A stretch of DNA of 32,000 nt from Schaalia meyeri (GCF_900105015.1 NZ_FNLK01000012.1:180001-212000), one strand, 5' to 3'. Numbered from the stretch's first letter, positions 8,885 to 16,777 are shown. A program made the numbers and translations. Notes: generated by a model not told the origin, from the sequence alone.

Positions 8885-10015
8885 ATGGCAACCGTCACCT
8901 TCGACAAGGCAACCCGCGTCTACCCGGGTTCCGACAAGCCCGCCGTCGACCAACTCGACCTCGAGATCAAGGACGGGGAGTTCCTGGTCCTGGTCGGCCC
9001 CTCCGGCTGCGGCAAGTCCACCTCTTTGCGCATGCTCGCCGGCCTGGAGGACGTTAACTCCGGCCGCATCCTCATCGGCGACAAGGACGTCACGGACGTT
9101 CCCCCGAAGAACCGCGACATCGCAATGGTTTTCCAGAACTACGCACTGTACCCGCACATGTCGGTGCGCGAGAACATGGGTTTTGCCCTGAAGATCGCCG
9201 GCACGCCCAAGGAAGAGATCAACAAGCGCGTCGAAGAGGCTGCCAAGATCCTCGACCTGGAACCCTACCTGGACCGCAAGCCCAAGGCACTGTCCGGTGG
9301 CCAGCGCCAGCGCGTCGCCATGGGGCGCGCGATCGTCCGTAAGCCCCAGGTGTTCCTCATGGACGAGCCCCTGTCCAACCTGGACGCCAAGCTGCGCGTG
9401 CAGACGCGCACGCAGATCGCCTCCCTGCAGCGCGAGCTCGGCGTCACCACCGTGTACGTCACCCACGACCAGACTGAGGCCCTGACGATGGGCGACCGCA
9501 TCGCCGTTCTCGCCGGCGGCCTCCTCCAGCAGGTCGGCACGCCGCAGGAAATGTACGAGCGCCCCGCCAACGAGTTCGTCGCAGGCTTCATCGGCTCCCC
9601 CGCCATGAACCTGGGCACCTTCACGGTGGACGGCGAGTGGGCCAAGCTCGGCCCGGCCCACGTCGCCCTGTCCGAGGCCACCCGCGCCGCGCTCACCACC
9701 GAGGACGACGGAAAGATCAAGATCGGTTTCCGTCCCGAAAGCCTGGACGTCGTCCCCGAAGGTACCGAGGGAACCATCCCCGTCGAGGTGGACTTCGTTG
9801 AGGAGCTGGGCTCCGACGCCTACGTCTACGGCCACCTGGCCGGCGCCGAGAAGGGCCACGGCCTGGGGTCCGGCGCCGAGGGCACCAGCGAGCAGCTGAT
9901 CGTGCGCGTCCCCCCGCGGACCGCCCCCGCGCGCGGCGGCATCCTCCACGTGCGCATCCGCGAAGGCCAGCAGCACAACTTCTCGGCCTCCACGGGCGTG
10001 CGCCTGCCCGAGTGA
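8885..10015 (+). CDS. Sugar-type ABC transporter ATP-binding protein (MsiK/UgpC/MalK family), 376 aa
   Basis: Walker A GPSGCGKST, Q-loop, signature LSGGQRQRV, Walker B FLMDEPLSNLD, and an H-loop VTHDQ, plus a MalK-like C-terminal regulatory domain. ATG 8885 is preceded by GGGAAGGAA. No permease or solute-binding-protein gene is adjacent. Confidence 0.93.
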   Translation: MATVTFDKATRVYPGSDKPAVDQLDLEIKDGEFLVLVGPSGCGKSTSLRMLAGLEDVNSGRILIGDKDVTDVPPKNRDIAMVFQNYALYPHMSVRENMGFALKIAGTPKEEINKRVEEAAKILDLEPYLDRKPKALSGGQRQRVAMGRAIVRKPQVFLMDEPLSNLDAKLRVQTRTQIASLQRELGVTTVYVTHDQTEALTMGDRIAVLAGGLLQQVGTPQEMYERPANEFVAGFIGSPAMNLGTFTVDGEWAKLGPAHVALSEATRAALTTEDDGKIKIGFRPESLDVVPEGTEGTIPVEVDFVEELGSDAYVYGHLAGAEKGHGLGSGAEGTSEQLIVRVPPRTAPARGGILHVRIREGQQHNFSASTGVRLPE

Positions 10016-10045
10016 GACTCGGCCCTCACGCGCGATATTCAACAG

Positions 10046-10095
10046 ACCCCGGCCTCGTCCTCTCATACCCCTGGACGAGGCCGGGGTTTCTTTCC
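10046..10095 (+). terminator. Rho-independent terminator after the ABC ATPase gene
   Basis: ACCCCGGCCTCGTCC (10046-10060) pairs with GGACGAGGCCGGGGT (10073-10087), followed by TTCTTTCC. Confidence 0.8.
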
Positions 10096-10170
10096 ATCCA
10101 CGTGTGTTCTTGACCGCGACTGGCCGCACCACCACCGCCCGCGGTGGCAGGCGACGCTCGGGGTGCCACA

Positions 10171-11442
10171 ATGGATGGCATGGCTTTGGACATTACGGCG
10201 GCCGCGGTCGACCCCACTCTCTTGGACCTCCCCTGGGAAGTCCCCCTGGAGGAGTGGCCCTCGTCCCTGCTCGCCGCCCTGCCGCGCGGCATTTCCCGTC
10301 ACGTCGTGCGCTTCGTGAACCTGTCGGGTCGCGTGCTGGCAGTTAAGGAGATCGGGCCGACGGTCGCCCACCACGAGTACGACATGCTGCGCGACCTGAG
10401 GCGCCTCGACGCCCCCTCGGTCCTGCCGGTGGCCGTCATCACGGGGCGCGAGAGCCCCGACGGCGAAGAGCTGAATGCGGTGCTTGTGACCGAACATCTG
10501 ACGTTCTCGCTGCCCTACCGCGCGCTTTTTTCGCTGTCGATGCGCGCGGACACGGCGACGCGTCTCATCGACGCGCTCGCGCTGCTGCTCGTACGCCTCC
10601 ACCTCCTGGGCTTCTACTGGGGCGACGTGTCGCTGTCGAACACACTGTTTCGGCGCGACGCGGGCGAGTTCTCGGCCTACCTGGTTGATGCCGAGACGGG
10701 CGAGCTTCACGGGACGCTCACCCCGGGCCAGCGCGACTACGACGTGGACCTGGCGCGCACGAACATCATCGGCGAACTCATGGATCTGCAGGCGGGCGGC
10801 TACTTCCCCATGGACGCCGACCCCATCGACGTGGGCGACCGCATCCGCACCCAGTACGACCTGCTGTGGCGGGAGGTCACCGCCGAGGAATCCATCCCGA
10901 ACCAGCAGCGCCGATACCGCGTGAACGAGCGCATTCGCCGACTCAACGACCTGGGTTTCGACGTGGCCGAGCTGCGCATGTCCTCAGATACTTCCGGCGG
11001 CCATCTGATCATTCAGCCGAAGGTGGTCGACGCCGGCCACCACAACCGTAAGCTTATGCGCCTGACCGGCATGGACGTGGGCGAGCACCAGGCGCGCAGA
11101 CTGCTCGCCGACATCGACGCGTGGCGCGCCACGTCCGGCAGGGAGGACGTGCCCCTGGAACAAGCGGCCCACGAGTGGATGACGGACGAGTTCACGCCCG
11201 TCGTCCGGGCGATTCCCCGGGAGCTGGCGGGCAAGTTGGAGCCCGCCCAGCTCTACCACGAGTTCCTCGAGCACCGCTGGTATATGGCCCAGCAGGTGGG
11301 CCACGACGTGCCGCGCGACGAGGTAGTGGCCTCCTACATCGCCACCGTTTTGCCGTCGAAACGCGACGAGGCGGTCCTCCTCGAACCCGGGCCGGGGCGC
11401 ACCTCTACGTTCAGCGCGGAGACAAACCCCGACCTATGGTGA
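10171..11442 (+). CDS. DUF4032-like protein (kinase-fold-like N-terminal half), ~423 aa
   Basis: ORF 10144..11442. LLDLPWEVPLEEWP...VVRFVNLSGRVLAVKE...EYDMLRDL...YWGDVSLSNTLFRRDAG...YLVDAETGE matches my recollection of actinobacterial DUF4032 proteins. The start is ambiguous (GTG 10144, ATG 10171 or ATG 10180). Confidence 0.7.
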   Translation: MDGMALDITAAAVDPTLLDLPWEVPLEEWPSSLLAALPRGISRHVVRFVNLSGRVLAVKEIGPTVAHHEYDMLRDLRRLDAPSVLPVAVITGRESPDGEELNAVLVTEHLTFSLPYRALFSLSMRADTATRLIDALALLLVRLHLLGFYWGDVSLSNTLFRRDAGEFSAYLVDAETGELHGTLTPGQRDYDVDLARTNIIGELMDLQAGGYFPMDADPIDVGDRIRTQYDLLWREVTAEESIPNQQRRYRVNERIRRLNDLGFDVAELRMSSDTSGGHLIIQPKVVDAGHHNRKLMRLTGMDVGEHQARRLLADIDAWRATSGREDVPLEQAAHEWMTDEFTPVVRAIPRELAGKLEPAQLYHEFLEHRWYMAQQVGHDVPRDEVVASYIATVLPSKRDEAVLLEPGPGRTSTFSAETNPDLW

Positions 11443-11482
11443 TGGGGTAACGCAACCCGCCCCGCGCACGCTAGGAGCACCC

Positions 11483-12226
11483 ATGTCTCAATTCCCCCGC
11501 ATCTTCGCCCACAGGGGCGCGTCCTCGCTGGCCCCAGAGAACACGATCGCCGCGTTCTCGAAGGCCATGGAGGTCGGTGCCCGCTGGTTCGAGTTCGACG
11601 TGGATATCGCGGGCGACGGTTCCCTGATCGTCATCCACGACGACACGCTGGACCGGACCACGACGGGGTCAGGTTCCTACTATCAGCTGGGCTATTCGGA
11701 TATTCGCCGCCTGGACGCCGGCCGCTGGTTTTCCGACACGTATCGTTTCGAACGTATCCCCGAGGCCGCGGATGCCCTTGAGTTCGCTCACGCCCAGCAG
11801 ATGGGCGCGAATCTGGAGGTGAAGCCCTGCGGGGGCGGGACCCGCCTGCGCGAACGCCTCATCGAGTCGTTGGCAATCACGGTCGCCGGCCAGAAGGTTC
11901 CCTCCCGCCTGATCGTCTCCTCCTTCGATCACGAGCTGCTCGCCGCTTTTCACGCGGCATGCCCCGGGGTGCCTCTGGGGTGGCTCATTGAGCGCGCCTC
12001 TGACGAATGGCGTGAGGGGGCTGCGACCCTGGGGGCCAGCGCCATCCACCCGGGCGTTGCGGGCCTCACTCGAGAGGACGTGCGTGCCATGCGCGACGCG
12101 GGCTTCGACGTGAACGTGTGGACCGTCAACGACGTGGAGCAGGCACGCGAGCTCGCCTCGTGGGGCGTAACGGGCATCTTCACGGACCGACCGCAGGACT
12201 TCCCCGCCGAGGCGTTGGCTCTCTGA
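11483..12226 (+). CDS. Glycerophosphodiester phosphodiesterase (GDPD family), 247 aa
   Basis: IFAHRGASSLAPENT, FEFDV, IHDDTLDRTT and ANLEVK. SD AGGAG lies upstream of the ATG. Confidence 0.9.
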   Translation: MSQFPRIFAHRGASSLAPENTIAAFSKAMEVGARWFEFDVDIAGDGSLIVIHDDTLDRTTTGSGSYYQLGYSDIRRLDAGRWFSDTYRFERIPEAADALEFAHAQQMGANLEVKPCGGGTRLRERLIESLAITVAGQKVPSRLIVSSFDHELLAAFHAACPGVPLGWLIERASDEWREGAATLGASAIHPGVAGLTREDVRAMRDAGFDVNVWTVNDVEQARELASWGVTGIFTDRPQDFPAEALAL

Positions 12227-12236
12227 GGCAGCAGAC

Positions 12237-12275
12237 AGTGGCCGGGGCACGCTTTGTCAGCGCGCCCCGGCCACT
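12237..12275. terminator. Bidirectional hairpin between convergent genes
   Basis: AGTGGCCGGGGC (12237-12248) pairs with GCCCCGGCCACT (12264-12275). Confidence 0.65.
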
Positions 12276-12287
12276 TCGCGATGAGGG

Positions 12288-13499
12288 TTACTCGGGGTTT
12301 TGGCCGGCGCGGCGCGCGAAACGCTTGGACACGTGCTTAGCCAGCGACAGCTCGGCGATGGAGTCGACCACCATGAGGCCGCCGACGATGCCCGCGAAAC
12401 GCATCCATCCCGAGCGCGGCGATGAGGAACGAACGGCGGCGACGAGCAGGCCCGTTCCGACGATGGCCTCGGCCGCGACTGCCGCGTGGATAATCCAGGG
12501 GCGTTCGACAGCGACGGATTCGTAGGAGCTCCACAGGGGCTTGACCACCGACTGCGGCTGTCCCATCATGATGTCGACGCTGCGGCCGATCGCGTTGGAA
12601 ATGCCGCGCGCCAGGTGGACGGTGACCCCTTCGACGTCCTCAGCGTCCGTGATTCCCAGGAGGAATCCGGCGACGGATCCGGGCAGTCCGAGCGCGCGCA
12701 CGACCTTCCACACGGATTCTTCGCCGGTGGTGGCGACGCAGGCCCAGAGAGCGTCGGGGTCAGAACCGGGGACGGCGCGCGCAATGGCCAGCAGGTCGAG
12801 GCGGTCACCGACCAGGTCAATGACCTCGCCGGGCAGCTCGGACGTCTTGTCGTGGCCGCCTGGGACGATAGCGACCTTCATGCCCCAGTTGTGCGACACG
12901 ATGTGCTCAAGGTGGTCGTCGGTCACCAGGAATACCTGGAACTCAGAGTCGGACACGGAGAGCGTCACGAGCGGCAGATCACCGAAGTTCCACCCCTCCT
13001 TCTCAGCGGGAAGCTCGGCGAGGATCGCCCGGTGATCGTCGGCCAGTTCCAGATCGCCCAGGTCGACGCCCTCCAGGGCGGCCAGGAGTGGGACGGAGGA
13101 GGCGGGGGTGCGCCCGATCTCGACGATGCGGGTGGGTGCTACTAGCTCTGGTACCTTAGCGTCGTCGTCGGAGGGCCACACCTTCCCGAGGGGTGATTCC
13201 CCCTCCGGCAGGTGGTCGGCGGTGGCGTTCCCGATGCGCACCTCGGCGTCGAAGAGGATGGCGAGTTCCTCGGCCAGCTTATCGGGCGAGGGGCCGGGCC
13301 TCGCCTCGGTCGAGTCGGCGGGGACGGTGGCGACGCGTTCCTCGGCGACCGCGATGTTCAGGCCGAGCAGCTGCGGCGAGGCGGGGAACCATTCGAGCTG
13401 CGCCAGGATGGCCCGTTCTTTGAGTTCGGTGGCGACGACGCTGGGATCCAGGTCGTGGCCAATGATCATGCCTTCAATGCGGGTCCAGTTCTGGGCCAT
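12288..13499 (-). CDS. Hypothetical protein, 403 aa, cytoplasmic N-terminal ~330 aa plus two C-terminal TM helices
   Basis: Long ORF with a GC3-rich codon pattern and SD GGAAGG upstream of ATG 13499. The C-terminal hydrophobic segments are IIHAAVAAEAIVGTGLLVAAV and FAGIVGGLMVVDSIAEL. I recognise no family motif. Confidence 0.7.
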   Translation of the reverse strand: MAQNWTRIEGMIIGHDLDPSVVATELKERAILAQLEWFPASPQLLGLNIAVAEERVATVPADSTEARPGPSPDKLAEELAILFDAEVRIGNATADHLPEGESPLGKVWPSDDDAKVPELVAPTRIVEIGRTPASSVPLLAALEGVDLGDLELADDHRAILAELPAEKEGWNFGDLPLVTLSVSDSEFQVFLVTDDHLEHIVSHNWGMKVAIVPGGHDKTSELPGEVIDLVGDRLDLLAIARAVPGSDPDALWACVATTGEESVWKVVRALGLPGSVAGFLLGITDAEDVEGVTVHLARGISNAIGRSVDIMMGQPQSVVKPLWSSYESVAVERPWIIHAAVAAEAIVGTGLLVAAVRSSSPRSGWMRFAGIVGGLMVVDSIAELSLAKHVSKRFARRAGQNPE

Positions 13500-13599
13500 G
13501 TCACTACCTTCCTATCCGTGATGGCTTCATCACACCACACTTTGTTCCATTCTGTCGCGTGGGATATCCCGCCCACCCGCATAAACACACCGATACAAC

Positions 13600-14286
13600 T
13601 CACCACTCGGCGCCACCCCACTCTACTGCAGTAAAACCAGTACGCACGGGCGGCGCCGCAAAAGTCTGCGGCTGGGCAACAGTGGTCGCGTCGGCCTCAC
13701 GAATCGTCATAAACACACGTATGAAAGAATCGGGAGTGATCTCGTTGTCGGCCTCATCCGCAAATCGATACGAAACCCGCTGCGTGTAGGCGGTCGCATC
13801 AAAGGACACAAACGTGTATTCATGCGCCCGCATGCGAGGCGCCCAATAGGTAATGAAATCAGCGGCCTCCCGATCATTGAGCCCAAGCTGACTCAGCTTA
13901 TCCTCCAAGAAGGGCACCGCATCATCACGGGAAACAACAAAACCCTGCTCGGGATCAGGCACAACCATCTGTCCATCCCAGAACAAAGAAGGATACGTGC
14001 GCCCGGAGAGGCCGGTGAGGGTGCCGTTGGGGGCGGCGTCCAGCGTCCACGAGGCCTGGGTTCGTCCGTCGGCGGCGCGGACGCTGTCGGGGGCGGGGTA
14101 CACGGTGTCGAGGGTGCCCTCAAGGTCGAGGGTGACGGTGAGCCGCTGCTCCACCTGCGGATACACACAAAGAACGGGCTTACGGGCCTTTCCCCGATCG
14201 GACAGGGTGGTCATGATTGCCACGGCGACAACGATCACAATGAGCACCCAGACAGTGCACCCAACAACGATCATTGCTTTCTTCAT
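13600..14286 (-). CDS. Membrane-anchored extracytoplasmic hypothetical protein, 228 aa
   Basis: N-terminal signal-anchor (MKKAMIVVGCTVWVLIVIVVAVAIM). Conserved-looking blocks are KPVLCVYP, YPSLFWDG, GFVV, FLEDKLSQLGLNDREAADFITYW, PDSFIRVFM and GFTAVEWGG. I recall these from uncharacterised proteins common in Firmicutes. Confidence 0.75.
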   Translation of the reverse strand: MKKAMIVVGCTVWVLIVIVVAVAIMTTLSDRGKARKPVLCVYPQVEQRLTVTLDLEGTLDTVYPAPDSVRAADGRTQASWTLDAAPNGTLTGLSGRTYPSLFWDGQMVVPDPEQGFVVSRDDAVPFLEDKLSQLGLNDREAADFITYWAPRMRAHEYTFVSFDATAYTQRVSYRFADEADNEITPDSFIRVFMTIREADATTVAQPQTFAAPPVRTGFTAVEWGGAEW

Positions 14287-14539
14287 GGTTTCCCGGCCTC
14301 TCTGTCGCGAACCCGTCGTGGACCTCGTCCACCCGCTGCTCGTCCCGCAGTTTCCTCATCATACGGCGCGCATTCGCTCCGTTTCAAGCCCCACAGGAAG
14401 AAGCGAAAACGCGCAGTTGGAAGCACACTCCCGCGTACGAAGCGCAAGAATTTTGAGTCATGCGTCATACGCTGCTATCCTAACCTGTTGCGCGACGCCG
14501 TTTTCAAGCGCGCCGCATCCCAGAGTGAAAGCAATAACC

Positions 14540-16006
14540 ATGTCTGTCGTGTTCATCGCAGCGAGCGTCGCCGCCGCTGTCATCCTCGTTTGTCTCTTCC
14601 TGTGGGCGAGCTTCGTCTCCGCCTCTCCGGGCGAAATCAAGGTCATCTCGGGACCTCGCGGCCAGCGGGTGCTGCACGGGAAGACCGGCTGGAAGGTCCC
14701 GCTGCTTGAGCGCGTGGACTCCATGACCGCCTCGATGATCTCCGTCGACGCCCAAACCACGGATTTCGTCCCCACGAACGACTACATCAACGTGCGCGTC
14801 GACGCGGCCGTGAAGGTTCGCATCGCGACGGATGATCTGGCCCTGTTCCGCGCAGCAACCCGCAACTTCCTGTACAAGACCACGGCCGAAATCTCCGAAG
14901 AAGTGCGCGATACCCTCGAGGGACACCTGCGCGCGATCATCGGCCAGATGAAGCTGACGGACATCATCACGGACCGCGCCGCGTTCTCGGAGCGTGTCCA
15001 GGAGAATGCGAAGCAGGACCTGGAAGAGATGGGCCTGGAGATCGTCGCCTTCAACATCCAGAACGTGACCGACCAAAACGGAGTCATCGACAACCTGGGT
15101 ATCGACAACACGGAGCAGATCCGCAAGACCGCGGCGATCGCGAAGGCGAACGCGCAAAAGGAAGTCGCGCAAGCGACCGCCGTGGCCCAGAAGGAAGCAA
15201 ACGACGCCGAGGTCGCGTCCCAGCTGGAGATCGCTCAAAAGCAGACGGATTTGGCGAAACGCCAGGCCGCCCTGAAGGTCGAGGCCGACACCGAGAAGGC
15301 CAAGGCGGACGCCGCGTACGAGATTCAGTCGCAGATCCAGCGCCGCGACATCGAGCGCGAGACCGCCCAGGCGGACATCGTGAAACAGGAGCAGCAGGCG
15401 GTCATCAAGGAACGGGAAGTCGTCGTCACCAAGCAGGCCCTGCAGGCCGAGGTGAATGCGAAGGCCGACGCCGACCGTTACGCCGCCGAGAAGAAGGCCG
15501 ACGCCGCCCTGTACGCGCGCCAGCGCCAGGCCGAGGCAGAGGCCTTCGAACGCACGAAGAAGGCGGACGCCGACAAACAGGCGATGCTCGCCGAGGCTCA
15601 GGGCATTGAGGCTCGCGGCCGCGCGGAGGCCAGCGCTATCGGCGCGAAGCTGACGGCTGAGGCGGAGGGTCTTGAAAAGAAGGCCGTGGCCATGACCAAG
15701 ATGAATCAGGCTGCCGTGCTGGAAATGTACTTCCGCGCGCTGCCCGAGGTCGCGCGGGCGGTTGCCGAGCCTCTGTCGAAGGTCGATTCGATCACGATGT
15801 ACGGCGAGGGCAACAACGCGCACATGGTCGGCGACATTACGAAATCGATCAGCCAGATCAACGCGGGCCTGGGCGATTCGCTGGGCTTGAACCTCCAGCA
15901 GCTGTTCTCGGCCCTCGTGGGCGCGAAGCTGGTGTCGCCCACTATCGCCGACGCTGTGGAAGAGGGGGTGCGCGACGCCTCCGACCCGAGGCCCACGCAG
16001 GGGTAG
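14540..16006 (+). CDS. Flotillin / SPFH (band 7) family protein, FloT/YuaG-like, 488 aa
   Basis: N-terminal membrane hairpin, then an SPFH domain (PGEIKVISGPRGQRVLHGKTGWKVPLLERV...). This is followed by a long A/E/K/Q-rich coiled-coil flotillin region. The start is ATG 14540 within ORF 13997..16006. Confidence 0.92.
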   Translation: MSVVFIAASVAAAVILVCLFLWASFVSASPGEIKVISGPRGQRVLHGKTGWKVPLLERVDSMTASMISVDAQTTDFVPTNDYINVRVDAAVKVRIATDDLALFRAATRNFLYKTTAEISEEVRDTLEGHLRAIIGQMKLTDIITDRAAFSERVQENAKQDLEEMGLEIVAFNIQNVTDQNGVIDNLGIDNTEQIRKTAAIAKANAQKEVAQATAVAQKEANDAEVASQLEIAQKQTDLAKRQAALKVEADTEKAKADAAYEIQSQIQRRDIERETAQADIVKQEQQAVIKEREVVVTKQALQAEVNAKADADRYAAEKKADAALYARQRQAEAEAFERTKKADADKQAMLAEAQGIEARGRAEASAIGAKLTAEAEGLEKKAVAMTKMNQAAVLEMYFRALPEVARAVAEPLSKVDSITMYGEGNNAHMVGDITKSISQINAGLGDSLGLNLQQLFSALVGAKLVSPTIADAVEEGVRDASDPRPTQG

Positions 16007-16023
16007 CGCGCACAAAGCTGCTC

Positions 16024-16057
16024 GAAGAGGCGGGATCTTTCGGGATCCCGCCTCTTC
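16024..16057 (+). terminator. Hairpin terminator after the flotillin gene
   Basis: GAAGAGGCGGGATC (16024-16037), loop TTTCGG, GATCCCGCCTCTTC (16044-16057). This is a perfect 14-bp stem. Confidence 0.75.
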
Positions 16058-16486
16058 GCGTGCGCGGCGCGAGATCGGGGCGTGCTCGCCGAGGAGCGAC
16101 ACAAGCCCACCCGCCGGGCGCCAGCGGTGTCCGGCCTCCAGTCAGGGGGTCGCCGTGGAGCCTCTCGGCTCAGACTTGGGCGCCGTCTTTCGATGGTGGT
16201 GTATTTGGTGGGTTGGGTGTCTGGTGCGGGGTTGGGATGGTGGGTGGGCGAGGAGGGGCAGGAGTTGGTAGTCCGGGTTTGTTTCGAGGCGCGTTGGCTC
16301 ACTTGGCGCGCATAAATCTTGCTGAGGTGTTCGTGGTGGGCAGCCCTGTTCGCGGGCATGTATGCGCCTTAGCGTGCGCCGTAGAGGGCTGCGCGTATCT
16401 TAGCGGGTTGAGAACAGTCAGCCCGATAACGGGGGTGTGGCCTGCGTGGATGGGGGTGAGCGCGCGGCGCGCGTGAGTCCCGCATC

Positions 16487-16585
16487 TGGATAGGAAACGG
16501 CTTCGTGGATAGGTTACGAGCTTCTGGATAGGTTAATAACCTATCCACGAGTGCATAACCTATCCAGCAACGCACTTCCTATCCA
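16487..16585. repeat. Mirror-symmetric array of six TGGATAGG boxes, 19-bp phasing
   Basis: Direct boxes are at 16487-16494, 16506-16513 and 16525-16532. Inverted boxes (CCTATCCA) are at 16540-16547, 16559-16566 and 16578-16585. Positions 16525-16547 form a perfect 11-1-11 palindrome, TGGATAGGTTA-A-TAACCTATCCA. Confidence 0.95.
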
Positions 16586-16777
16586 CGAACCAGCCGCAAA
16601 AGGCAGCAACACCAACAGCAGCGGGGTCGAGCCACTGCGGGTTGACGGTGTCGCGAAAAAACGGCGCGCAACCCCGGCAGTAGTAGCACGCGGCACCTGA
16701 TCCCACGCAGGCCGACAGCCACGGGAACGGATCAACGCCCCTGCAGACACACAGCACGCTTCACAGACACACAACAA

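Noticed and set aside
16228-16248. The G-quadruplex motif GGGGTTGGGATGGTGGGTGGG as a stand-alone functional element.
   Set aside because: In a ~68% GC genome such motifs are frequent and nothing positions it relative to a promoter. It is kept only as part of the description of the skewed tract.
15706-16476. ORFs inside the gene-free gap: 15706..16359 minus (217 aa) and 16060..16476 plus (138 aa).
   Set aside because: They give low-complexity P/T/H/R- or G/R-rich translations driven by the strand-skewed tract. The minus ORF runs antisense into the flotillin 3' end and across its terminator. Neither has an SD or any motif.
16525-16547. Reading the central palindrome as a DtxR/IdeR iron box, because TAGGTTA/TAACCTA are the half-sites of TTAGGTTAGCCTAACCTAA as I recall it.
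   Set aside because: The half-sites are separated by 1 nt here instead of 3, which should not fit a DtxR dimer pair. The conserved box also extends 5' (TGGA) beyond the DtxR half-site, and the outer boxes lack the TTA.
16487-16585. Reading the six-box array as the chromosomal origin oriC.
   Set aside because: No dnaA, dnaN, rpmH or gyrB lies nearby, and there is no adjacent AT-rich unwinding element. The boxes match the DnaA box at only 6-7 of 9, and the strictly conserved part (TGGATAGG) extends beyond the DnaA-box core. DnaA titration remains only one of several hypotheses.
16560-16757. A Cys-rich 65-aa minus-strand ORF (8 Cys), considered as a possible RiPP or bacteriocin precursor.
   Set aside because: No modification enzyme, transporter or immunity genes are nearby, and there is no SD. 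It overlaps the repeat array, and in this GC-rich frame Cys/Gly/Arg-rich translations arise by chance.
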